Assembly (NCBI GenBank): GCA_002189035.1
Contig: NEEC01000008.1
Span: forward strand, 2,728,001 to 2,792,000
DNA: 64,000 nucleotides
Direction of reading: 5' to 3'
Source: Utricularia gibba
Taxonomy: Eukaryota > Plantae > Magnoliophyta
The translations under genes and the position numbers were made by a program. Positions 14,161-27,090 of the stretch are shown here, in pieces. The notes under the pieces are model-generated. The model was given only the letters and a program-made list of their open reading frames with translations, was not told the DNA's origin and searched no databases. Within the stretch, counting starts at the first letter, position 1. Each line of letters opens with the position of its first letter.

Positions 14161-16840
14161 ATGCTGGTCCAGGATCGGGTCGTTCCTCCCTCCGATGTGC
14201 CAAAACCACGCAATTACCAGCTGCGGAGGAAACCTGTTCTGATTCCAGCCAAGAATCTTGATTTTTCGACATGGGCTGCCGACAATCCCTTCAAAATTCT
14301 AATGGTTCTCCTTATTTTCACGGCGGTGGTCGCCGTACCTTTCTTCCTGAATCATTCTACCTCCGGTGGGGATGCGACGGCGCTGCTCTGCTTGGAATCG
14401 ACGCAGTCTCGTAGAATGCACCCCAAATTTCCCAAGGTTGATTGGAAGTCTATTGATCCAATTGTAGACAGATCGACTCCGTTCTCTAGCTTTCGATCAG
14501 AGAAATGGATTGTCGTCTCCGTTTCCGATTACCCCTCTGACTCGTTGACTAAAATGACTAGAATAAGAGGGTGGCAAGTGCTAGCTGTTGGGAACTCAAA
14601 AACTCCAACAGACTGGAACTTGAAAGGTATCCTTTGTTCAATGTATTTTGAAATATGCTTTATGTTCAATGTGGATGGTTATGCAGGTTTTACCAGTAAA
14701 GAGTTGGTGTGATGAATAATGTTTTCTGATACCCAGAAGTACGCGAAGTTTGCTGATTTAGGTTCGTTTCTGAAACAGGTGCCATTTATTTGTCACTGGA
14801 GCTGCAAGCTCAATTGGGATTTAGGGTTACTGATTTCCTACCATATGATTCTTATGTTCGAAAAACTGTTGGTTATTTATTTGCTATACAACATGGCGCC
14901 CAAAAGATTTATGATGTTGAAGATCGAGGCTATGTCATAGATGATAATATCGAGAAGCATTTTGATGTTGAGCTGGTTGGTGAGGCTGCTAGACAAGAGG
15001 TTATCTTGCAGTACAATCTTGAAGAGGCCAACAGAACGACTGTGAACCCTTATATACATTTTGGTCAGCGTTCTGTTTGGCCGAGAGGATTGCCATTGGA
15101 ACATGTAGGTGGTATTGGACATGAGGAGTTCTACACAGAGGTCTTTGGAGGCAAACAGTTTATTCAGCAGGGCATATCTAATGGCCTACCTGATGTGGAT
15201 TCTGTGTTTTACTTCACTAGGAAGGCTTCATTAGAATCATTTGACGTGAGATTTGATGAGCGTGCCCCGAAAGTAGCACTGCCTCAAGGTCTAATGGTTC
15301 CTGTTAATTCATTCAACACTATTTTTCATGCATCTGCCTTCTGGGGATTGATGCTTCCTGTATCGGTTAGTACAATGGCTTCTGACATCTTGAGGGGCTA
15401 TTGGGCACAGAGGATTTTGTGGGAAGTTGGTGGGTATGTTGTTGTATATCCTCCTACAATACATCGTCATGACAAAGTTGAAGCATATCCATTTTCAGAA
15501 GAGAAAGATCTTCATGTGAATGTTGGCCGCCTAGTTAATTTTTTGGTGGGATGGAGATCAAAAAAGCACCGGCTATTTGACAAAATACTTGAGTTGAGTT
15601 ATGTGATAGCTGAGGAAGGATTTTGGTCAGAAAAGGATGTGCAGTTTACAGTAGCATGGCTTCAAGATTTGATTGCAGTTAGGTACCAGCAGCCACGTTT
15701 AATGTCCCTCGAACTAGATAGGCCGAGGGCATCGGTTGGCCATGGGGACCGTAAGGAGTTTGTTCCACAGAAACTACCTTCTGTTCATCTTGGGGTTGAC
15801 GAAACAGGAACTGTAAACTATGAAATCGGCAATTTGATAAGATGGAGAAAACATTTTGGAAATGTTGTGCTGATCATGTTCTGCTCAGGTCCGGTTGAGC
15901 GTACTGCCTTGGAGTGGAGACTGCTGTATGGAAGAATTTTCAAGACAGTTATTATTCTTTCCAGGGAGAAGAATGCTGGCCTTGTTGTGGAAGAAGGCCA
16001 GTTGGAATATATCTACAAGTGAGTTAAAGTCTATATAAAGTCATCATCAAAGCAACTCAAATGCCTTTCGTTGATAATACTTTGAATGGACTACTGAGCT
16101 TGCATATGTCTGATCTTATTTAATCCAACCTGCGTTTAACATTTGGTTTCTGGTCCTACTGCAGGTATATAGCAAAATTCATTGAGCGATACTCGAGCGC
16201 AGAAGGGTTTTTGTTTCTGCAGGATAATACTATTCTCAATTACTGGAACTTGCTCCAAGCTGATAAAAATGCGCTCTGGATCACAAACAAGGTAAAACGA
16301 TTTATATCAACGTACTCGTTTTGATGCTGCATCCTGAAGGAGCGGCCTCATTTTTTAACTTTTCTTGCCGTAGATCACCAAGTCTTGGGCGCACATGTCA
16401 TTAACCAGCAATTCAGATTGGTTCTTTAAGCAAGCAGATCTGGTGAAAAAGGTGGTCGCATTGCTGCCTGCTCATTTTCAAGTCAACTACAACGAGAACA
16501 TGGAAGATAAAGAAGGGATCACAGTTTGCGAGTCAGAGGTCTTCTACATTCCCCGACGTTCTGTATCAGATTTCATTGATCTTGTTAATCTTGTGGGTGA
16601 TCTAGAGATCCACCACAAGGTAGCCATACCCCTGTTCTTTCTGGCGATGGACGCTCCTCGGAACTTTGACCCGGTGCTGAGTTCCATGAGATACGAGCAG
16701 ACACTACAGAGTAACTCGACGACCTTCTACTCTGCTGAAGTTCCTGCTATCCGACCGTGGAACGTATCGAGCGAGCAAGACTTCATTTTGCTCGTAAGAC
16801 TGATGGCTGCTGGTGATCCCTTCTGATGGAGCTCTTCTGA
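14161..16840 (+). CDS. STL1: STELLO glycosyltransferase-like protein (DUF288)
   Basis: MLVQDR start, TM anchor, SEKWIVVSV, LPYDSYVRK, QQGISNGLPDVDS, LLYGRIFKTVIILS. Four exons (14161-14626, 14779-16018, 16166-16291, 16374-end). One extra C at 16818-20 restores the family C-terminus GDPLLMELF* (TGA 16838-40). Confidence 0.93.
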
Positions 16841-17200
16841 CGTCTGATGCAAGTAAGGGTGGAGGTTGATGGGCATCATATAAAGTCAAATGAAAAGATT
16901 TACATTCAAATGGAACATACATACCTGCAAGTGTTCATTTTTTCTGTTAAAGTTGTCTTCTACCCATTGTAGATGATGCAAAGAAGCATGTGTTGAAAAC
17001 TGCTACTGGTTTTAGCCGCCTTCTTCATGTTCGCTGTGATGAAATTTGTACAGAGTTTCTTACAGGAGCTCACGCTTCAAAAGTGTGCTACTGGTCTCCT
17101 CCAAATTTTGAAGCGGGTTTAGTCTAGTTGAAGGCCCAAATGGGGGAGTCAACTATTAGGTCTCCCCAAATGGAGAAGTAAACACTGACGAGAATTAGCA

Positions 17201-19604
17201 ATGACGTGCAGCAGGAGTTCTGTGTCGTGCGAATCTGGTTGCGGAGAAGAACGCGCCGCCGTCGACGGCGAGGATGAAAATCAACAGCAGGCTCCGAGTC
17301 CTGGTTGCAGCATGTCGCGCCGGGGCGGTTCCGATGGAATCTGCATCAAGTGCAAAATCAATGAAACCATCGCTGCTGCTACAAACTCTGCTTTTTCCGG
17401 AGATGCTCTCCGGTTCTGTAGTGACTGCTTCCGGTCTAACTTGTACGCGAAGTTCCGCTTCGCTGTCACTTCGAACGGCATGATTTCCCCGTCAGATAAT
17501 GTCCTCGTCGCATTCTCCGGCCATACTTCCTCTAGGTAACGCGTTTATCAACGGTTTGCTTTGTTATTTTGGGTCATAATATGGACACGATTCTGCTAAT
17601 TTTTGCGGACGGTCTTATGCGAGCGTTTCTGTTGCTGTAGTTGGGTTCCTGATTTTGGAGGGTGCTTTGAGCAGTAAAAAATTTAATCGGCTTCATTGCA
17701 TGCATTGGTGTGACATACAGAGAGCTTTGACAGGCTTATATGTGCATTTATGTTATACTCAGGGTGGCACTTCAATTTGTTCATGAGATGCAACAGAAAG
17801 CGCAACAGAACTTTGATGCCAGTAGAGATAGATCATTGACCGTGTTTGGAGTTACCGTTGCTCATATCGATGAATCTGCCATTTATCCAGTGTCCCCCCG
17901 GATGAATTTGACAAAGCAGTTGATGGGATGAAAGACATCGTGTCAAGTTTAATCCCTCCAGCAAAAAACTTCGTCGTTGTTCCTATTGAGAGCATTTATT
18001 TACTTGATTCTGCTGCTGGTAGAGAAAGACTGAGAAAGTTAGTTTCTTCTGTCAGCGATGTAACTGGAAAAGAAGATCTATTAGACCAGCTACGTCAAGC
18101 ATGCCTTCAGAAGGTATGCTTTTTTTTTTACCTCTTTATGAAAAACATGGTACGCTGAAGACAATAGAAACTGTTTAGAGCCTTCTGAATACTGTTTATA
18201 GGCAGCTGTGGACAATGGATGCACCAAAATCGTTTTGGGTAGCAGCACATCAAAAATTGCTTGCCATGTGCTTGAGGAAACAGTAAAGGTAAGCCTTGCT
18301 CTTGCTACGAGGGGTTGCGTATGTTTTCCACATTCACAATGTATAAAAAACCTGGAGCACTTTAATGAGCATTGAAATTAGTGAACTTGACGCTGGATAT
18401 CTTGCTGTTTGTTCCCGGTTTCTGTTATTGGGGTCTTTGAAATTCTTCCTTTTTATGTTTTTTTTCCCAGGGAAAGGGTTTTTCTTTGGCTGCTGATATT
18501 CAATATGTTGATGCGAGATGGGATATACCTGTTATGCTTCCCCTCCGTGACTGTCTGTTTGAGGAGTTGAAGATGTTGTGTGCTGTCGACCGGTATGTAG
18601 GATGGGATATCCGTTTGCAGTGATGTTGTTATTTTTGCTTCATCATTGGCCTTCTTGTTTTCTTGTCAGGGCAGTTTAAAGACAGTGGAAGCATTTCAAA
18701 GACCTCGATCAGGCATCAACAGCTTAGTATCTTCATTTGTAAAAGTGTTGAAGGTAGATATCTAATTTATATGTCCATAATGAGCAGTTCTTGTCAAGCA
18801 AGTAGCATCAACTGTACTGGAGCTCTTAGTAGAACAGTTGATTAAAATTTTATGGGTGCCAAGTGTTTTTGGCTCCCTGAATTTTCAGTTGTTGCGTCTA
18901 CATAAATGAGTGCACCATGATGGTATTTCTATCAAGGGATGAACATTGACATGATATGACTCGTAGTGTTCTATTTTTGACTTGTTTGAGAGAAGTGTTT
19001 TACTTTGTATATTTGTATATCCTATTTTGATGCGTTTATGGTCATATGCTTTAATGAGTTTGCGAATTTGTTTCATTTGCCTCAGGAGGAAAATCCTTCA
19101 CGAGAAAGCACAATAATGAGGACGGCAGGGAAGCTCACTCCTTTTGCGTTCAACAGTATTCCAGAAGGCAGTGCTAACGATAGCATAGCTTCTAAGCGGA
19201 GGCAAAAGAAATATAATTTGAAGTCAGATGATTCTTTGACAACAGTATCTCATTGCATCATATGTTCTAGCCCGCTGAAACTGCCTGCCAGTCCGAGTTC
19301 AAACAACTTCCACGATTCGGAAGCAACTGCTGGAATATATGCAAACACATGTTCAAGTTGCCAGTTTCAAACTCTTCCGCAGGACACTTCACTACTTGGT
19401 AACTTTGTTTCCCTGCTTCCACAGTCCATGACGAAGCATAATTCTCACATGCAGCAGGCCTTAAGGTGACACCCTAATCTCAGCTTACATGAAACCAGAC
19501 TCCGCTTCTGATCCACCAGACCTTGGTGTGTTTTCTTCCCCTTTTGCCTTTTCAGGGAACAAATCCAGGATCTTTTGCTCTCTGACAGTGATGATGGAAC
19601 ATGA
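17201..19604 (+). CDS. CTU2: Cytoplasmic tRNA 2-thiolation protein 2
   Basis: CIKCK...FCSDCF, SPSDNVLVAFSG, DASRDRSL, TGKEDLL, DIQYVDARW, EENPSRESTIMRTAGKLTPF, CIIC...CSSC; last exon EQIQDLLLSDSDDGT*. Apparent frameshift at the C6 run 17894-99. Confidence 0.93.
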
Positions 19605-20150
19605 AACCGGACTTGTTGCAAGCCTTGGGGAAACCGGCCGTGCTGTGAAATGCCAAATCTAACAAGCTCTATATCCGGAACCTCTCTTGATAGCATTGTG
19701 TTTCAGGTATCAAACCCGCGCATTCTTCTTTCTTATCCTTCCTGAGATGAGGATCCACGCCTCATCTCGACCGCCACCAACACAGACCCCGCGCATTATA
19801 TGCTGTGGCCAAAGCAATGGGAAGCTGTGGGATTCTGTTTTCAAGCGCTTAGGATCAGTTACATACAGCTCCTTCCAAAGGCTGCATTTTTCCAGACAAA
19901 CCCCAAGATTAGTGCTTGTCCGCATTTGGTATTTGACATTTTGTTGTCCGACTCTCTTCTTGATCGTGATTTTTCAAGTGCTTTGCATAGATGGAATTTT
20001 AATTTTATATTTTAGAATCATATTAAACAAATATGAAAACATCAAAAATTTATGATAATATATATATATTTATATATTAATCCTAATATATTATAATGCC
20101 TATAAAAGCTTGATGCAGTTATATTTAGGTTCTCCCTTCTTCAACCCTCT

Positions 20151-20310
20151 TCCGTCGCCGTCTGTCCGGTAGGCAAACGAGAGGAAATCTGCTGGACGCT
20201 CAAGGAAATGGAAAGGTGCAGAGAGTCCGGTTTTCTTAGTCGGAGAGTTGATTTTTTTGCTGAAACTTTGCAACGTAGTTTAAAAGGATTGAAATTGAAA
20301 AGCACTCGCA
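20151..20310 (+). repeat. Internally deleted duplicate of the 5' end of the mS23-like gene at 33084-33700
   Basis: Shared blocks ccgtcg.cgtctgtccggtaggcaaacga / gga aatctgctggac / gctcaaggaaatggaaaggtgc.gagag / ttttctt.gtcg.aga / tttaaaagga. The original ATG and about 47 bp of exon 1 are deleted in the copy. Confidence 0.9.
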
Positions 20311-20439
20311 TTCTTTCTCCTTTTGTTCGGTCGGTTTTCAGTTCTCCAAACAAACGACTTGTGTAGTGGCCTAATCTGTTTATTACTGAAATTTGGATGA
20401 AATATTCTCGAACTTTGAAGGTCATCTGTTGTTGATGAG

Positions 20440-23400
20440 ATGAAACCAAAGTTGCTGCGATTGCTTCTCAAAGAGTACATGCCCGATGAAAGGCATCCAT
20501 GTACTGACATGTCTGTTTTATCCGATGTTGTTTCAAAAGTCAAGACTCACAAATTGCTGTCCGAGCAAGCGCTTCCAGACATGAAAGAAGGTTTTTTTGA
20601 CGAATGGAAATCAGCAGTTGATTCGTGGATCAACCGTCTCCTCAGTCTTGCGTCTAGCCCTACGGTACAATTCCCAATCTTTGCTTGTATAAGCAAAAAA
20701 TTATTTGATTGCCGCTGCTGTATGTTGTTGATGCAGTATGCATTAGATGACCAGTGCCTAAGGTTCTAAAAATTTGTATAGGTAGACAATGCGTGGGTCG
20801 GAATTTGTTTTCTTGGGTTGACGTGCTATGAATGTTCTGAGGAGCGGTTTTTCGCATCATATCCTCTCTGGTTAAACCACCTTCAGTCGTGTATCCAGGT
20901 ATTTTTGTCATCGGAAGTATGATGGTTTCAAGCCCAGCCTAAGTGGGATCCATTCATTATTTTCCCCTTTCAGCCTCTTCAGTTTTTATACATGGTTTTC
21001 GGTTGTTAGGCTCCGGAGGCTTCATATATTGTGAAGGGAGCTTCATGTGCCTCAATATCAGATTTGGTTACCAGGTACTCGGACCTATTAGATCGAATGC
21101 TATGATGTATCGTTGATCATGATGCAATTGGATGTTGTAGTGCATAAGGACTATGTTTGATATTTTGTTTTTTTTTTCCAATTTGCTTTAGGTTGAGTCG
21201 TTTCTCGATTAAAAAGAAGGATGGGATATCAAAGCTCACAGGCATTATTCAGTCGCTGCTAAATTTTCTTAATGAAGATGTTCCTACTTATATTTTGGTT
21301 GGTAATTCCTGTTTATTGTATCACGAATCTTACATCAGCTAAATTTCCTATTTTGGTATTATGTTTATTGGCTTGCAGGAAAAAGCTCTATCTCTCTTGT
21401 GCAACCTGGTTATTTTGTTTCCATCATCAGTGGGCCAGCATTATAAAAGTGTATGTGATCAATCTTGAACAGTAATTAGTATGTTTTTTTGTATGCCGAA
21501 CTTGAATGCTGTGAATTAAGTGTTTTAGTGATATTAATCTAAAAAAACATGAAAGGGCATTGGATTTATGGATACAGGTTAAATCGGCAATATTGCTGAA
21601 GATAATTTCTGGAGAATGCTCTGCATTTATGATTGAGGTGTGGTTAATATCAATAATATATTGTATATTACTGCTGATATAAATCTGATGACTTCCTAAA
21701 ACGTTCTTAGAGGCTTGGTCATGCGCTAGTGGTGCTGCCTAAACCAAAGGGGGTTGAGAACACTGGTTCCCTGATATTTGAAGAAATTATGGTGTGTATA
21801 AACAGTCTACTGAACGAGGCCTTCCAAGGCCTTCAAGAAGGTATTGTTGTTGGTAGCTTTCCGTGGTAATTAGTGAGACAGATTGGGCTTTTTTTATTTA
21901 CTTGTTGTCGTCATAGAGGAAGGAGGAACAAAAACTTTGAAGGCATTGCTTCCTTTGGACAATGATCCTCTGCAGATGCTTTGTGGCTCAACAATGTCTG
22001 AACAATCAGCATTTTCAACCCGGTGGCCTGAGAGGCATCTGTTATCTAGGATTTCAAGTCTAATGCTGTGCTGCTGCAGCATGCTGAGACATGTCATGGT
22101 ATATCCCTCTGCATATGTTATTTTGAATGTTTTCAGCTTTTTTTTTTCTAATGCAACTTAATATTGACTGGCAGGTTCCTGATTTGATGTTTGTTTTTGT
22201 TGCCCTTGTTGAAAGAGTACTGATGGTTGGTGGGATGGGCGGTCTAGCCCCTTGCTCACTGATGACCGTGCTCAGACCAGAGCTTATTTTCTCAGAAATC
22301 CCACGTCTTCAGTTACACAGCTTAGAAATTCTAGAATCAGTCATTGAAGGATTGAATGCGATGTATGGTCATAACCATGTTTGTGTCATTTCCACTCCAA
22401 ACTATTTAACCCCAACTTGTTGGATGGGTATTCAAATAGCCTGTTTTATGTTTTTGCTGCAGTCAACTGCTCCAGTGTGGACCAACTATTGCCAAGCTAC
22501 TCAGTGGATACTTGTTGAGATGCAAAGTCACAGACCTGAGGATAAAAGCATACTCTGCTTTGAAACGCCTGCTGAATTCGTTGGGTGCTGGTAAGGATTT
22601 TAAGTCAGTGAATCATTCAGTGGGTGCTTGTGAGGATATGAATTCGGTGAATCTTTCATGCCAGTTGAAGTGAAAAAAATTTATATTCTCTTAATTATAA
22701 CTCTTGCAAAGCGTTTTGCCATTATTTTGTTAAAACTGAAATGATTGCCTGTCAAGTTGTTGGCGCTCATTATTTGACCACTAAACCTTTTTTCCACTCA
22801 ATGTATGTGGATACTTGTATTATTTAGCATTTTTCCCACACATATTGGGATGATTGTTTCGAGTTATGTGTGTGATTAGTTTTTTATTTTTTTTTGTGTT
22901 TTACCACTCATTATGCCGAGGACTTCTATTAACTCTTACTGCCTGATTTTTGGATAGGTGGGGTACATCATGCACTCAAGGATAAAATCAGGAATATCTT
23001 TGCAGATCTACATTTCACTCTTATGGCTGGGAAGCATTCAGATATGCAGAAAAACGCTGAGGCAGAACAGTTGCCATTCAGTCCCTTATTAAAGAAACGG
23101 AAGGTTTCTGGTGCAGCAGAACAGTTAGCACACAGCACTGTCAAAGCCAAAATGCCACATCATTCAGCTTCATTTCCCCTCAAACTAGCTGCTATAGAGG
23201 CATTGGGGCTTTTCTGATTAGGGTATCCTCTTCCTTTTCATATCCATTCTTGATATTCCGTCCATTTTTCCCCACACTTGAGTGTTTTTCAACATTTGGA
23301 TTCCTGATTTACAGGGTGGTTATATGATAAACCAAGAGTTGCGCCGAGATATTGGAAGCATGCTCATTAATGAAGCTGCGAATGCTCGTAAAGTAGGATG

Positions 23401-24286
23401 GTCAGAATTGCACCTTGGCTCCCTGCGTGCACTTGTAGCTTCCTTCATTTCTTCAGTCAGGGAACGCTCACTATATACATCCATATCCCAAGCTCTACGT
23501 GAAGGTTTGTGAGCTTATCCTATGCTTTTTTCTGTCTGTTGTGAAGGTTTTAACCGACACTTGAATCACCTGGTCGTATATGTTCATTAGTTATCCTGCT
23601 GCGCAGGCATGCACCCCCATGGCACGAAAGTTTCAGAGTTTTGCCAACACGCGTTTTACATCTTGAAGCTACCTCCATATCCGAACAAGAAACTCCATTA
23701 TGTAGGCTGGGACGAGGACCAGCAGATCCCCGCTGTAGATCCTGCTGCACAATCTGGGAACCTCAGGTTTGATGAAAGTGTATTCGACCATGACATGCTA
23801 GATGTTGATTTTTCCAGTAATGATGAAGAATCTGAAGTTCCAAGCACCCGCATTGATGAGAATGCAAATCATTCCCAACAGCCACCTGCGTTGCCAACCG
23901 TCATATTGCAGGATGAGCCCCAACATGTCAACACGCAATGTCAAACGCTCAAGACGATGAATGAGTGTGCCCCAGAGTCCACTGTTGATGGTGATGCTGC
24001 CAATCTGAAGTCCCTGGATTCAACAGATCCAAATGACCAAACAAAAGGGTTGGTAACTGCATCCGCAGAAGCGACGAGGAGCAACAGTATGTTGCAGAAT
24101 GTGACAATGCCGAGAGATGAAGCTATGCACCCTGCACCAGATCAGAATGATTCGGAGACAGGGACATCTTTTGCCTTAGCATCTATAGTGGAGAGCATCG
24201 CTGCGACGTTACCAGATTCAGATGAGGAGTCAAGTGATGATCAGCTTCCTGACATAGTAGACGCAGATCCTGATTCGGATGATTAA
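20440..24286 (+). CDS. RIX1/PELP1-like pre-rRNA processing protein (At1g30240-like)
   Basis: MKPKLLRLLLKEYMPDE, VKTHKLLSE, KSAVDSW, AWVGIC, LLSRISSLMLCC, ERVLMV, KKRK NLS, FPLKLAAIEAL, acidic C-terminus DQLPDIVDADPDSDD*. Multi-exon; a G4 run at 23205-08 needs +1. A possible upstream coding exon lies at 20208-20215. Confidence 0.88.
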
Positions 24287-24506
24287 TCCAAATTTTGTTT
24301 GGACCTCATGGGGTGCCAAGGGGTCTTCACTCTTGCCATGGTTGGTTCTTAGGTATTTATTACATGAAAATTGATTCTCTTAATTTTTGAACTTGGAAAA
24401 TCATATATGCATTATGTCGGCATCAGACACCTTATTCCCAAAGGCTGTATCAATCATGGATAAGCTTTTGGGACGACCCTGTGTGGGTATAATGGAATAG
24501 GAAACT

Positions 24507-25805
24507 TCACTGGTAGTAAGGGTGATACTGGTATACAGTTCTGCCATGCAGCTTCTGGATTGGCCTTGAATTTTTCTCGAAGCCCTGAAAATCACCAAGA
24601 CATATATATGGTAAGATTTTCTGACTGGAATCATAAAATTTCTGGAGTTACATCGTGTATGTTTTCACTTACATCATGTACTGCTTCTCTGATTGCTGTT
24701 ATTTGCTCCTTGGAGACGGTCCTGATTTTGTATTGTATGGACCACACAACTCCTTCAGCGCAAGGTGGGACTGTAAGTGATCCTGTATACCTGAAATACT
24801 TTCTGCTTCCGAATTTGATCTCCCAGGGGCTGAGTTCTCCCAATTCCAGACTTGTTCCATTCTCCTTGCACTTTTTGATGTTGCTCAGAGCCTGCATTGG
24901 GGAGTACTTAATTTTTTTCATTGGAATGCTTCTACTGATGGCAGTAGAATATGCTGCAGTAAGATTCTAGTAGTGCACTATGCCTGGGCTATGAAGGGGT
25001 CTGGTCTTCCAAGTTTGTAGAGAATCCCAATTACAGCAATTTGGCCATGGGCATTGGTGTGCACCAAGTGCACCTCCATCTCAAACCTGCTGCCAGTTAC
25101 ACCTTGAGACAAATTGGTCCAAAACCCTGCTCCTCTCGTTCCTAAGAAATCAACTGAACTATGGGAATCTCAACTGCACCTTTTGTGGTCAATTGTGTGC
25201 TCCGATGGAGTATGCCAATGGCACTGCTGCAGAGCGTAGGCCGTTCCATTTATGCAGATTCCTCCGGCATCTCCCTTCCAATGCACCTGATGACAATACA
25301 GGACACAATATGCAGCAAAGCTAAGTGAAGATTGATTCATGTCTGATTGGAGACTGTTAGCCATTACCATGATGTCATGTCCCCTGTTGAGGACAAAAGC
25401 TGGAGATGGTTTGTATCTTCTTTCTATCCCGCCAAGAGATGGAAGCACAGCAACCCTGCGCCGGTTTATGTTAATGGGAGACTGGTACCTTCCTTCCCTA
25501 CACTTTTCCCATTCTGGTTTCAATCTTCCCCAGTTCCCTGGCCCTTTCTCACCACCTTCTTGGTACGTGAATTCCTGTTCATCATCTGTTACAGCCAACA
25601 ACTCCATTCAGAAACACACCAGAGGAATGATCTCGAAAGAATCGTTCTGTGCATTGCTTGTTTCTCTGGAGAAAGAATCCATTACATGCTTTGAGAATCA
25701 GTGATGAAGAAAAAGGGGAAAGCACGCACCCGCCTCAGCATCGTGGGCTTGCGTTCGAGAACGGAGAAGAATGAGGAGGAAGAGGATTTGAAGCAGCCTG
25801 CGCAT
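24507..25805 (-). CDS. Secreted alpha carbonic anhydrase (ACA4/ACA7/nectarin-3-like)
   Basis: Signal peptide MRRLLQILFLLILL, FTY...GPGNWG, QSPINI, NRGHDIM, zinc ligands HWHTPSEH and EVHLVH, YFRYTGSLTVPPC, NSRPIQ. Six exons: 25805-25730, 25585-25369, about 25289-25176, about 25086-24984, 24891-24673, 24584-24507. Confidence 0.95.
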
Positions 25806-26520
25806 GATTCCCGCCGGGAGGAGTCGCCGGAAGTCCGCTTCTTCCGGTGACGAATCGCTTATTATGCATCCAAATTCATTTGCGTATATATAGACAGAGA
25901 TGTCCGAAGGGTAAGGAAGAACAGACCAGGCAAAGGATTCTCGTAACCATGCAACAAGAATATTAACGTACACGTACGGAATCCTTTTTTCTTTTAATTA
26001 CAATATTAAAAATCTTTTAAAGCGATTCAAGTAGATTAAAAAAACGGTTACTGTTTTATATCTTCATTTGGAATTTTAAAATTTTCATTACTTTTTGACA
26101 GGATATTGACTTTTTAACTTATTTTTAAAATCGGATTGTAGTTAGATATATGTTATTTTTTCAATTTTTATAATATTTGTATTACGTATCTGTTAATTTA
26201 AATAAAAAATATTTCTAATACAATAATCAATTTCAATATCAAAAATAAAAAATCATATTATAAAAACTCAAATAGGTTTATGATAAAAATATTACAATAA
26301 AATAATTAAAAATATTTTTACGGAATATTCATAAAACAATTACATTTTTATGAAATAATTTTATATTGTTTAAATATTGACATTATTACCCTTCTCCCTT
26401 TGCCGTACGTTTCGACACGCCTCCTCAGCCCCCCTCCCCTCCAACGATCAGCGCTGCCGTACTTTCGATTTCTCTGTTTAAATTGGGTTTTGTTGATTGT
26501 TATTTCTTCCAGTTGTTTCT

Positions 26521-27090
26521 ATGGAGGGACGGAGGAACCAGGAGTAATTATCGAAGATCAAGAAACGGAAGACCTCCCCGGGGTATGCGGGGGTGTTGTG
26601 TTTCCTCTGAAATGAATTCCTTTCTTCTTCCGTTTTCTTTTTAGATGGTCATTTTTTTGTTGTGCGCGTTGAGTCTCTTATGTTTCAGCCATGAAAGATC
26701 CTTTTTGCAGGTAACTGGAAGCCCGCGATTCCATTATGGGAGGGCTCACTAGATTGGGAAACGCTGCTCCAGAGTAAAAAGTTCATCCATCTTTGCGAAA
26801 ATGTGATAAGCTGGGATGACTCTGCTGGCGAAGAGGCCTTCTCTAATGCCAATAAACGTTTTTGGGCTAAAATCAACAGCCTTCTGTGTGATATATCGTT
26901 GCCTGACGAAAAGCACGAGCCAGTTATTATTTTTGGAGATTCTCTTATTCCCACAGAGTTGTCTTCTGGCTGGGGTCAGAGGATGATTATAAACCTCCGT
27001 TGAGTACCTTGCCTTCCAATGCTCCTGGCGGGCAAATTAATGGTGATTTTTTTGATAAGGCTGCTTCTAATCAATGGCTTGGGCATAAAT
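26521..27090 (+). pseudogene. Damaged copy of a plant-specific uncharacterised gene (W-rich 'VxWDDSAGEEAF' family)
   Basis: Spliced across the 26583-26710 intron: ...RPPR|GNWKPAIPLWE...ENVISWDDSAGEEAFSNANKRFWAKINSLLCDISLPD. It lacks an in-frame ATG, appears to have internal deletions, and has frameshift or stop codons. Confidence 0.6.

Noticed and set aside
14710-14733. TGATGA...CTGA pair in STL intron 1 as a C/D snoRNA
   Set aside because: The boxes are only about 14 nt apart, with no terminal stem or guide region.
19744-19768. 9-bp hairpin gagatgagg/cctcatctc after CTU2
   Set aside because: Isolated short stem with no CTAG end or other element context; likely chance or 3'UTR.
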